Assembly (NCBI GenBank): GCA_977862235.1 | Contig: OZ374558.1 | Span: forward strand, 2,294,001-2,358,000 | Length of the DNA stretch: 64,000 bases | Source: Dudresnaya verticillata | Taxonomy: Eukaryota | Direction of reading: 5' to 3' | In this document: piece after piece, positions 11,901 to 23,252 of the stretch | Numbering within the stretch: position 1 is the first letter of the stretch | Layout: each line of letters starts with the position of its first letter | Translations under genes and position numbers: made by a program | Notes under the pieces: model-generated | Databases searched by the model: none | What the model was told of the DNA's origin: nothing | What the model saw: only the letters and a program-made list of their open reading frames with translations

Positions 11901-13537
11901 GAAGATGATCCGTTTGACCTTTATCGAATTGACCTCAACGAAGAACCGAGTGACCTCACCGACGTGAAACCCGTGGACCTACCTGCGCCGATTCCGGTAA
12001 CCGAAATCCTCGAAGGATAACGTATTGATTCGTTCTGCCAAACGGTGCAATCACGACAATCGAAAACGAAGGATAGTCTCTTTCACGAAGATGGAGACGG
12101 TCTCCTGCGACGAACGCACCCAACGATTCCGAAGCTAACGCAAATCGTATTGCCCGAGACGCTCCGACCTCGCTTGCTCATGCTGGCGCATCATTCGTTA
12201 CTCGCAGGCCACCCGGGGCAAAATCGTATGTTCTACTCGCTTCGTGAAACGTATTACTGGCCTTACATGGCAGCCGATATCGCATCCACGGTTCGTAACT
12301 GCAAACATTGCGCAAGGAATCGAATCCGTCTCCGAAGGAATCTTCATCGCTTGAAGCTCTTCCCCGCTACGCGCCCACTCAAATCGGTCCCGATCGACAT
12401 CTTAGGCCCGTTGCCACGAACGAAATCCGGGCGCAAGTTCATCCTCGTGATTACGGATCGCTTTACGAAGTTGACCCAGGTGGCCACACTACGAGTAATA
12501 CCCGCATATCACGTGGCCGTTGCCTTTTGCGAAGTTTGGATATTCAAGTACGGACCGCCAGCCTCGGTGCTCGAGGATAACGGGAAACAGTTTACTTCGA
12601 AGTTCTTTCAGGGCGTCTGTCGCATACTCGGATTATCGAACGTATTCATTTCCGCGTATCATCCGCAAACGAATGGACAAACCGAACGCTATAACCGCAC
12701 TATCCTCTCGATGCTTCGTAACTACGTGAACGACCACCAAAACGATTGGGACCGCTATGTTTCCGCGTTAACGTATTCGTACAATTGCCACGTGCATTGG
12801 TCTACGAAGACAACTCCGTTCAATCTCGCTTTATCGCGACCGCCGCCCGAATTCACCGTCAAGCATCGCTCCCGTAAGCATCGACGAAAACCCACGGAGG
12901 ACCTCCGCAACGATTTCGTTAAGCGACTCGATTTCGCAATCGACTCCGCACGCACTTCGTTACAGCGCGTTCAGAATCGTTACAAACGCGACTTCGATAA
13001 GCACATCCGCCACACGAAGAGCCGCGTCAAACCCGAAGACTACGTGTTCCTCGATACCCACGATGGGAAAACGAAACTTCCGAAGTTGAAATCCCCCGCG
13101 GAGGGGCCGTACAAAGTGCTCTTCAACGATACGCGTACACTCGTGATCGATCGCAAGGGCCTCGTTGAACGCGTCTCCGCGGACCGCTGCATCTACGCGC
13201 CACCCCTACGAAATCGTGACCGTCGATTACGCGACCCGAAGACATTGCGGAAAAGGTCACCGAAGGCCCCGAATACGTTGTCGATCGCATCCTCGATCAC
13301 TCGACCGACGAAGACGGGAAATTCGTGTTTCGCATTAAGTGGGACGGCTACGCGACGCCTACGTGGGAACCTCGCACGCACGTGCCCGAAGAACTCGTTT
13401 CCCTCTACTTCGCAAGGCTTCGCAGCCAAGCAGACCCACGTGATCCCGTGCTATTCGCCCACGAATGGCTCTCCGACTGGGACCCCGAGTGGTTCCGTGG
13501 CCCCGACTTCGTGATCCGCAACACGCAGCCCGCATAA
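8916..13537 (+). pseudogene. Gypsy pol: protease, RT, RNase H, integrase, chromodomain
   Basis: Protease VDTCS. RT LRFCVDYR, MPFGLKNAP, YLDD. RNase H ETDASA, ERECYA, PDALSR. Integrase HH-CC (H...GHPG...CKHC), DILGP, DNGKQF, GQTERYN and a GPY motif. Chromodomain EYVVDRILDH...FRIKWDGYATPTWEPRTHV at ~13270-13400. Frameshifts near 11750 and 13230, TAA at 12018. Confidence 0.93.
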
Positions 13538-14881
13538 CGCCTACGCCTACTCGAGTTGCGTGGCACCCTAAGCTCCTTACACGAATGGCCCCGGCGCCCC
13601 ACTACGTTCTTACATCACGTGCTGACTGCGCAAGTTGCTCGATTGCCCCGGAGCATACGTTTCCATGGTACCCCTGGGCGCCTTTCGTGGCCCAACTTCG
13701 TGATCCTCGACTCCGCAGTTCACGACGCGTCTTCGTCGCGTACGACCACAGCCCCGACACACACGCATGCCTCGGAGCAGATGGCCGCCACCTCGCCCAT
13801 GACGCTACCGCAGCTGCGCAATTTCGATGGCACGTGCCGCACGCCAACGCAGCCCTCGGCGGCAACCCGCCGCGCGCCGCACGACGCCGCACGACACCGA
13901 GGTCCTCGGAGACGACACGCCACCGCATCAACGATACGCGATCACGAAGCCCATGCCCCCACGACGTTGCGCTCCACGCCGTCGGGCGGTGTCGACCACC
14001 CCCGTTCCAACTCAGCGCCCCTCGTGAAATCCGCAAAGGCGCACCGCGCGCACCCAGTTGCACCACGGCACTCGCATTACAGGAGCTGACACCGCGACGG
14101 ACGGACACGGTGAACTATACGTAACTTGTCATACGCGCCTGACGTCATACTTCGAGGCCGATGCCACCCGCAACGCGCACTTCGCCTTCGCAACCCGCGC
14201 CTCACGCCGACTTCGCCCGATCGCTTGCCTCGGAGCAGCGCGGATGCCGACTCAACCCCCCGCTTGAGCCACGGAGCTCACCCCGTTACGACGCGCGCCT
14301 TCGATCAGACCACGGAGTCCTCGTTTGTCGCCAACCGCAGTCCTCTCGCATGGCCTCGGTGCCCCGTTACGCATACGTTCCGCCCGCACCGATGCGCACA
14401 TGCGCCCACTCGAGCAACGCGCCCACGACAGCCCCGGAGCACACGCGACTTGTTCAACACGCTCACCGCAACCCACCCCCCAAGCACGTCGGCGCGAACG
14501 CCTTCGTCTTGAGGAGGGGACCGTGCACGCATATCTCACGAAGTCTCGATGACTCAACTCCGCGAAGGAAACACGCATCACGTAGACCACGGAGTCGAGA
14601 AAAACGCGGCCGCGCCACGAACAAGTTCCAGATTCGCACATTTGAGCACGAAGCTCGTTTACGAGAAGCTACGAAGTTAAAGCTACGATGCCAACAACTA
14701 CGTGACTATCACTACGAGGCAAAGAAGAGTCGGGCAAGAAAAAACGTTTACTCGAGACGATACCGCGAGACCGAGACCCCGCCACCGTGAGCTCCGAGAA
14801 CAAGGAGCTCGATACCGAAAACGATAAACCACGCAGCTACGAAGCTAAAAGAGAAAGCCTCGGTGCTAACACTACGTACAA

Positions 14882-16897
14882 TTACGAGCGACCATACGGG
14901 TTTGCGGAGTCGTAAGGCGGATTATCACGAGGATCGTTTCCGTTTTCATCTCGAGTCACGCGAAGAAAGTTCGGCGCATACGGATCCGATGTCTGCGATT
15001 GTCCGCGGTGACCATCGTAACCGTCGCCACCGCTGGGTCCGAAGCCCGAAGGGACTCCGGAGCCAGACCCGTAACGCGGAGCATCGTAACTCGGGTAACC
15101 GTAATCTTCACGCCGACGCTTACCGCTCAACTCGAGGTCGCGAATACGATGACGAAGGTCCGCTATCTCCGCATCCCGATCACGAAGCTGCCTACGAAGG
15201 CGACTCACCTCCGTAACCGCGCGAAGGAAACTTCCGCCGAGATCGTCCAGCAGTTGTCGAAGAGTCCCATCGGGGGAGATGCCCGCTTCGCGACACGCAT
15301 CGCTCACGGAGTCGAGACTGCGAATATCCGTAGGACAGCGCATCTCGAGACTCGCGATCGAAGACCCCGAAGCGCTCGGCACCAACGCGACAGCCCCGGT
15401 GCCAAGAGATGACCCCGGAGTCAGCAGCGACGAAGGAAACGGAGCTACAGAACGAGGAACGCGCGGCGATGGACCAACCTCGCCTCCGTTGGCGCGAACC
15501 GCGGAACTCGGATGCGAAAACGGATCAACTCGCGGACCGCGCCCTCCTCGTGACGGACGGTTGTGGCGCCAATCGAACCAGGCCCCGGAGCCCACGTCGT
15601 GCCCGACCACTTGGGACCACTGTCCCGTTGGAAAATCGCGACGAGTCGACTGGAGCTCCCTCCGATCCGCAGCCTCGATGGCAATCGCGAGTATCTTCGT
15701 GAACGGCATCGCGCGATCCGAGCCCCGGAGCGAAAGATCCGGATACCCGCCATCCTCGGAGAACGACTTCGACCAACGATCACGAACGAAACTACGCAAC
15801 GAAGCATCGAGCACCCATACGCATTGACGCTGCGTGGCATCCGAAATCAACGCGCGACCAAGCTCGAAGCGATATTCGGAATCCTGGAAACGCACGAAGC
15901 ACTTCTTCGAAGGTTCCGCGAACAGGTCGACCACGAGCCCGAAATAACGAATCACCCTCGGAGGTGGCACGACTAAGCCCGCGGGGGCCCGAATACACGA
16001 AGCATCGAGCCAGAAAGAACTCGCAAACATGCTCAGAGGCACGCGGTCATCGAGACGCGAATTCGTATCCACGCGATCAGGCATCGAGCCCGCGCCACGG
16101 AATAGCGCCCAGTCTCCGGCACCGATGTGCACTCCGAGGATGCGCGAAATCGAGTCTACGTGACGCCATACGTTTCCCGCGGCGGACTCGAACTCCGGAT
16201 AATCACGAAAGCGAGTAATCGCAACCACCGGAGAGTCCACGGAGATACCCGCACCTGGTGCCAGGAGCACGTGCGCGCACGCATCTACGTAAGCAACCTC
16301 GTCAACCGTGGTCACGTAGGAGACGTCGCACGGAAGACCCATCGGAGTCGGATACACGGGGCCACGGGGCCAGAATACGTGAAATACGCCAGCTCCGTTA
16401 TCATCACGACCCTCGCACAGTGCACGAAAGCGAGGGATATCCGGACGAACACGGCCATCGTAGGCAGCAACCTCTTCGTGAGTAACCCCGGAGACCGCGA
16501 ACTCGTCCCACGCGAAGTGCAGCTGCGCAGACGGAAGCCTCGGAGCACTCTCATCCTTTGTCCAGAATTTCGGAGGACCCAACGAAGCACTCGGCTGCCA
16601 ACCCCGATTCACGAATTGCGGATTCGAGCCGCCCTAACTTACGTAAGGACTATCGCGATCCGTGATCCCCGTTGACTCCGAGGCCCCGATATCCACAACG
16701 TGTGGAATCGCGAGAGTCCGCGGTACGTATTCGGAGTCAGCACCCGAAGGGCCCGCAACATCCGAAGAAGGACCCGAAGGCTTCGGAGCCAACTGACCCG
16801 CCGTAGCAGCCGCGAGCTCGCCATCGAGGCGGCGACGAACGCCCTTCGCACGTTTTTCCTGGGACCCGGTTCCCTCTTCGTGACCCGTGTCCGACAT
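14882..16897 (-). CDS. Extra antisense ORF of unknown function in the Gypsy 3' region (672 codons, one in-frame TAG)
   Basis: ATG at 16897 (MSDTGHEEG) is in frame with the 576-aa ORF 14882-16612 through a single TAG at 16634 (PYVS*GGSNPQFVNRGW). Aromatic-rich globular-looking core, a coiled-coil-like stretch and a G/Y/D tail. Confidence 0.7.
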
Positions 16898-17542
16898 CGT
16901 TACGCGATGCTCGTCACGAAAAACACAGAAACCCACGGAGGAACGAACGCGATTCTCGACGAGGTCCTCACGCAATCCACGAGGGACCAGCTGCACTTGC
17001 CCCAACACCGAGACCCACGACCCGCAACCAACCACCGCAAACCACCGAGGCCAACGAAGCAACAACACGAACGCCACGGAGCGGAGCGAACGATACGCGG
17101 AGAGATGCGAAAGGACGCACCAGCGCACACGAAGGAGCAAACGGACCGCGAAGACCGGAACCCAAGGAGCTGAAGCGAGTTGTGCGTGTGCGCGATGACC
17201 GGAGAAGCAAGGGGCTCGGACCCAGCGCAACACGAAGTTAAAATAACCCACGCGGTTCGCGCCCCGTCTCCGTGATACGCGCGCGCACGCGTCGACGGAC
17301 GGCGCCGCAGCCCTAACCCGTTCTACGTACGCAAAAATATCTTCGTGATTAGCCAATACGAAGGCGCCATCGCACACGTGATCCGAATTCAAATTCGTAA
17401 GCCCCGAGGTACCGCTGCACGACGACATGAGCTCGACGCAATCTCCGCGCCGCCACTCGGATGGCTCCATCCGCGCTCCACCGAGGGAAACCGGGCCACG
17501 CCAACTCGTGATTCGTAACCCGCGACCGGGACGTTCGCTCTT

Positions 17543-17552
17543 GAGGAGGGGG
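17543..17552 (+). promoter_or_regulatory. Polypurine tract
   Basis: GAGGAGGGGG, 3 nt before the 3' LTR. Confidence 0.9.
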
Positions 17553-17555
17553 CCG

Positions 17556-18396
17556 TGTGGTATAGACGCTATTCGTGAAATGACTCCGTGGTCTGCGTGA
17601 AAATAATCGAGAAATACGAATTTCGAAGTGACTTCGTGAATGCGCACGCCACGATGGCAAACGTATTACAGAGCGCATACTGTGCGCGCGCCACGATGGA
17701 ATACGCATTACAGCACGCACGTGATACGAAATCGCTGACACCTCCGGATGAATCCCGATCCGACTTCGTGATCGCGCGAGCCACGATGGCATTCGCATTA
17801 CAGCGCGCACCCGATACGAAATCGCTGACACCTTCGTGACTTTCCCGTTGTTTCCCGCGCGTAACGTCACCGGGGCCCACGAGATACGCGCACCTCCGTA
17901 TGCATCGCCGGCGCACTTCGCAACCGCCACCATACGTGAGGCGACCGTTCGTTGGAACCGAGGCCGTTACGAATCATTCTAGTACGAACCGTCTCCCGGG
18001 TTGACGCGCATTCGTGCTCACGTAGTACTACTTAGCCAGTCGTCTGGCACAACCTCCGAGGGTTTCCGGTAAGCGACTAGCGCCCGGACCTCGGAGTCTT
18101 CGGTAAACGCCTGTTTCTTCGCGTTCGGTGTCTCTTATTCGTGACCGCGGATACGGTCGAGCCTCGCTTTCGATAGCCCCGCGCACCCGGAGTCATCCCG
18201 GTGATCGATCGCTCGAGTTCTCCCTTCCGCACACGAATACGTTGACACCGTGGTCCTTCGTGTTGGTCGCTCCGCTCTACCACGCTACCACCCCTTTTCG
18301 TTTCTCCGCTAGACTACGAGGCCATTCGTTAGGCTCCGAGGCCATTCCTTACAGTGCGAGACTTACCCACGTCACCGTGGACTTCGTTATACCACA
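17556..18396 (+). repeat. 3' LTR
   Basis: Direct copy of 5563-6410. Confidence 0.97.
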
Positions 18397-18400
18397 CCGA

Positions 18401-18895
18401 TTAGGCGTCCGAGGGCACCTGATGGCGCTTGGCCTCAACACGAGTCTCGAAGAGCTCCGCAATTTGGTTGGCCTGGCTCTGTCCTTTGCTGAGAAAAGTC
18501 TGAATGTGTGCAGCTCGCATCGCCAGAACCTCTTTGGCACCACCGAGACCTTCTTCGATGAGGCCCAGCAAGCGAGACTGCTTCTCTGGATCCGAGTCCG
18601 CTTTGATGCGTTCGAGCGCAGCCTTGCACTGCTCCAGCCAACAACCCGCTGAATGGATTTCCTCGAGTTCCTTAGCGTTGCGCCGGTCCTTTCGGAAGGT
18701 CTCCAAGTACAGTGTCGTTTCAGGCTTGAAATATCGGACCTCATTCGGTAGAACGAGGCTGGAACGCGGCCACAATTCCGTGCGACCAACCATACCGGCA
18801 GCCAGCTGATGATTAACAACATCAACATAGTCAGCAGATGACGGGGGCGAGACAGAGACGGAGATAGCTGTTTCGCGTACATTTTGGTCGGTCAT
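18401..18895 (-). pseudogene. gag-like ORF1 of the DIRS-type element (N-terminal part)
   Basis: 164-aa helical-looking ORF starting 60 nt inside the upstream terminal repeat. Positional equivalent of DIRS ORF1. Confidence 0.65.
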
Positions 18896-18954
18896 TGAGG
18901 TCTGAGCGGTTCACCTATCCAACGGGACGGAAATCCTTTGTTAGAAAGTATCTT

Positions 18955-19229
18955 GAGAACGAAGGAAAGAACTTAGGGGAGACGGAGGGGCTGTCTAAGC
19001 TGGAATGTAGTGCTTGTATCCCCTCCGGAGCCTCTAAATTTGGTAACACCATATGATTCAGCCCCAAACAGTGAAGTGCCAAATATAGTGCTAAAAGTTG
19101 CACAGACCCGTAGAAACCCCTTTCGGGTAGATCGGGTTGTTGCTGCTTCAGGACGCTCGGCAGGGCTCCCTATCCCCAGTAAGGTCTTTTCACCAGTGTA
19201 GACGCATCGAGACACAAACTGAAAAATCC
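18955..19229. repeat. Upstream direct terminal repeat of the DIRS-type element
   Basis: Direct match to 2106-2386. Confidence 0.92.
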
Positions 19230-21379
19230 CGCGGTTTCTCAGGCTCTGAGCGACGGAAATATTGCACTTGAGGAATCAGGATGCTTCCACGCGAGTCCCG
19301 ACTTCTTCCTTCGCGATGAATCTCGTCGCCGTGTGGTGACAGATGTTCCCCCAATCTCCAATAATCTTTCTGAGGATATCTGTGGGCACCAATGGGCGTA
19401 AGTCGCCCGTTCAAGTCATTATTACCACTGTATCGGCGGCCATCGTCGCGGTACGGGGACACTCGTTGTGCCGCTGGAGTATCCCTCTGTCCAGGTGAAT
19501 CTGCCTGATGATAATCTCGACCGTCTCGAGTCGGGCTGCGCCCGTTAGATCCACGAAGTACTCTACAACGAAGATTCTCGCCACGGCCGTACCGGTACAG
19601 CGACAAGCTATCTCGATGCCGTCCCGCCCGAAAATATTGTTCAAGGCATGGTGAAAGACTATCACTCCGTGACACAGACTGTTGATAATCACGTCTTTCA
19701 TAACTTTGACTGCCTATATTTGATCGGCGAATTCCGGTATGAATATGGTGCTCAGAGCTCGGATACCGACGAGGACTTGGGGCCCGACGAGGACTTGGAG
19801 ACTGATAAGGACTTGGAGAGCGACGAGGACTAAGGTGCTGAGACTCGAACAGAGGAGTTTCACGCGCTTTTCGAGTCTTATTTCCTGCGCTGTCTTCTTT
19901 ATCTTCAATGCGAAACTGGTCTTCGTTGTGTTCTTGTAAAGGAATAGCTCTTGGGCTCCGTACATCCGACCGTTGATGGTCGCGGTCTTCATTTGTCTGA
20001 CTGTTTCCACTTGTGCCTAAAATTTCAGTGCAGACATAGTCCTCATCACGCTGCGGATAAAGTTCCGACCCAGGCTCTGTGAGTTTGACCGGCGATTATC
20101 ACGGGGTTCATGATTGGGCATCTGATCGCTCGTGCAGTGACGCGTATTTGATGAAGGTCCTCGTCTGCGCTCCGTAGCGATCGAGAATACTTCAAGAGCC
20201 GTGACACAGACGAACAATTTTCATGGCCTTCATAAAGCGGAATCGTACTGCATTGTTTCGAGGCCGGGTTTGGAATTGTATCGCGGCGGTTTTGTTGAAG
20301 TTCTGGGGCCAGTCGCGTACCCGACACACCCGGCGTTGAATTTGGCATCAGGTTAGAAACTCCATGAGATAGTTAATAGGCCCTTGTGATTATTCGATTG
20401 TGCCCATTGGGAAGTGATGAAAGGCTTGGCACATGTTTTGGAACATCTGGTCCATGACAGGTTATAAAAGCAGGCATAGGAGGGGTAGGTTTGGGGGAAT
20501 TGCGCGTTACAACCTTCGAAGAGTACGTCGGCTGCCTTGCGTCTTTGTTTCGGCTTAAGGCCCGCTTCGAAAATTCCAATTTGGTTCCATGGTTTCCCCA
20601 ACGGCTGCGGTTCAGTTGTTTGATTGCTTTTTCGGCTCCTTGTCTAGTATCGTAGGTAACGAACGCATAATTGCCAGTTATTTGTACGCAAGTAATGTTC
20701 CCGAAGGGAGAAAAGATCTTGAAAGACCTTCTTCGTTGTCTCGGAAGCATCGTAGCCGCTGAAAAACAGTTCGAATAGCGGGGACGTTAATTCTTTGATG
20801 GAATCATCGTTTACATGGGCTCCCTCCACGTGCAGAACTCGGTTTCTAGAGAACTTGGAAGTGCGGCCGTCCAGGTTTGTGATTGCGGCTCTCCCTTCTG
20901 ATTCATTTCTTATCATGATGAACGCATACCCAGCTTTTATGCCCACATTCTGGACTGATCCGTATTCTGAGAACAAATCAAATAGATCAGCTGTTTGGCA
21001 GTCAAAGTGCACTCCTCTCACAAAAACTTCAAGGCCATCATGGCAGCGTAGTGGTGGAACGCCTGATGGTAATCACCTCGCCGCTGACAAAGGATGACTT
21101 GATCCGGCGGTCTCATTCAGAACTAGGGACTGCGGAACCCATGAAAGGTCGTGCGGAGGAATAAGATCAGAATCCGGTGTTTCCGACGGTGGTAGAGTCG
21201 ACAAGTTTCGTGGCATGGTGGATGAAGAGCGTAACCGTCGGGGATAAGTGCTGTGCGGGCTCATCGACAGCAGCTATAGAGGAAGCTGGAGGTCTATGCT
21301 GAGTTGAAGATTTTGAGAGAGGGCTGTGCGGAGGGGGCTGTGTAGCGGGGGTTGACGAGTAAGAGAGTGGGTAGTGCAT
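19230..21379 (-). pseudogene. Decayed two-RRM, Arg/Ser-rich (SR-like) RNA-binding protein gene
   Basis: RRM1 VFVRGV...LFDLFSEYGSVQNVGIKAGYAFIMI...AITNLDG. RRM2 IFSPFGNITCVQITGNYAFVTYDTRQGAEKAIKQLN. An SPRRSPSP-type tract at ~19750-19835. In-frame TGA at 21073, a frameshift near 20720 and further breaks. Confidence 0.75.
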
Positions 21380-21755
21380 CTGAAGGTTCGAGCGGGGCGC
21401 CCTTCGTCGACGACGACGGCGACGACAATTTCCGCGAATTCCTCGCCGCCGCTCGATTACCGGAGAGTAGACGGTGCTACTGTAGGATGAGGGGGCACGG
21501 CGGAAGACGTTCAGACTCGATTGCTAGAATGAACTAGAGAGAGACCTAAGAGCATCTCTACCGGTACGGCAAATTATATTTCTAACGCGCATTTTTCACC
21601 ATATGTTCCGCGCTCATTGGGTGAATCTAATAGTCTGAAGATAGGTATTTGGGTGTGTATACAACGACTGTGTAAACTCTAACGGTTGAATCTATTTCTA
21701 ACCGTATCCGGACCACAGTGCTCCTTCCTCGTCCTGCCCTAGCAACTTCGACACA

Positions 21756-23077
21756 ATGCAGGACGAGGACTCGAGTGATGACGAGAACTTCTCGTATTTG
21801 ATGGCCACAGACATCGTGCCAGTTATCAAGAAGGCCCAATCGGGCTTGTCACGGCGGACTGGGGCGAAGCACGGCAAACAAGAGAACAAACGTCGAGACT
21901 TTGCAGCCGCGCTGCAGCGATTGCGCAGCGACTACTTCTGTTCTCAAGCGAAGTACAGCGAGGTTGACTTTGAGCGCAGATTCCGAATCCCACGCCGCGT
22001 CTTCGAGAAGATCTACAGTACAGTATGTGGTAAAAGCATTTTTATTCAACGGTCAGACTGTGCGAAGAAGGAAGGCATTCACTCGCTTCTACGAGTAACC
22101 GCGGCTTTGCGAATGATGGTATATGGCGTTGCGGCAGATGCGCTAGACGAGTACCTAAAATGTCTGAGGACTCTGTGCTACAGTCACTCAAGGAGTTCTG
22201 CAAGGTCATTATTGATGAGTTTGGACAGGAATTCCTTCGTGAGCCCACAGAAGGTGACCTCAAGCGTATCATGGCAATCAACGAGGCGAGAGGCTTCCCT
22301 GGTTGCATTGGGTCCATAGACTGCCAGCACTGGGAATGGAAGAACTGTCCGATTGCCTGGGCTGGACAGTTTAAGGGTAAAGAGAAGAAGCCCACCATAG
22401 TGCTTGAAGCAATCTGTGACGCAGAGCTGTGGATATGGCACTGCTTCTTTGGCAGTCCTGGATCGCTGAACGACATAAATGTGTTGGACCATTCATCTAC
22501 CATAGAACGTATACTGGCTGGCCATTTCCCTCCCAACGTTCGGTACAAGATTCGAGGCACAGAACGGACCCTACCGTACTATTTGGCGGATGGTATCTAT
22601 CCTAGATGGGCTATTTTTGTCAAGACCATTCAAGAGGGCAGCACAAACAACGAGAAGGCATTTGCGGCGGCTCAAGAGGCCGTTCGCAAGGACATCGAGC
22701 GTGCGTTCGGCGTTCTTGTTGCACGCTTCCACATCTTGCAGCGTCCATCCAGGCTGTGTTATAGAAGTGACATCGCGACGGTCATGAAGGCGTGCATCAT
22801 AATACAAAACATGGTCATCGAAGCGCGCCGTGACAGCTACAGTAGTGGTATAGCGTCACTCGCCATGCGCGAAGAGGCGCGCGCCATGTTTGGGAACCTC
22901 TCGTTCGAGTGGCAGTCTCGAAGCGCAATGGAGGGCCTCGGTCAAGTAGTAACGGATGGAATGTGGGCTGCAGCGGTGGACAGAAGAGAGACGAGGATAT
23001 CGAGCGCAGTAGACCATCTGTCTCTCAAACATGACCTGATAGAGCATATTTGGCAGCGAAGCGGGGATGGCATCTAG
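21756..23077 (+). pseudogene. Harbinger DDE transposase with one frameshift
   Basis: FERRFRI, ALRMMVYG, GFPGCIGSIDCQHWEWKNCP, GSLNDINVL, YYLADGIYP and RKDIERAFGVL. One base appears to be missing in the A-run at ~22157 (possible sequencing error). Confidence 0.92.
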
Positions 23078-23252
23078 TAATCGCGTCGTCTTTACTCAAA
23101 CTACTGCGTTGACAATGTGCAAACAAAGGCGCGAAGCGCCGCAAAAGAAGGGGTCCGGGGGTCCCCCCGGCGTGTTGGGGCCACGAGGCCGCCGAGCGAT
23201 TTTTGCGGTGCGGAAGGGAAATACCGCCCTCTCAGTCCCCACACACCCTCCA

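Larger units (their letters stand above)
5563..18396 (+). mobile_element. Full-length Ty3/Gypsy LTR retrotransposon with integrase chromodomain (chromovirus-like), 12.8 kb
   Basis: Two ~845-bp LTRs with TGTGGTATA...TATACCACA ends. 5-bp TSD CTGAT (5558-5562) / CCGAT (18397-18401). PBS, PPT and the gag-PR-RT-RH-INT-chromo order are all present. Confidence 0.97.
2106..19229 (-). mobile_element. Degenerate DIRS-type tyrosine-recombinase retrotransposon (~4.3 kb once the nested Gypsy is removed)
   Basis: Minus-strand order is terminal repeat, gag-like ORF, RT (WLDD), RNase H, methyltransferase-like remnant, tyrosine recombinase (HSLRSG), terminal repeat. Bounded by ~280-bp direct repeats. Confidence 0.88.

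Noticed and set aside
16898..17647. Upstream extension of ORF 16634-17647 as coding
   Set aside because: It starts inside the LTR and reads as low-information V/R/C-rich sequence. The ATG at 16897 is a more plausible start, though this is not proven.
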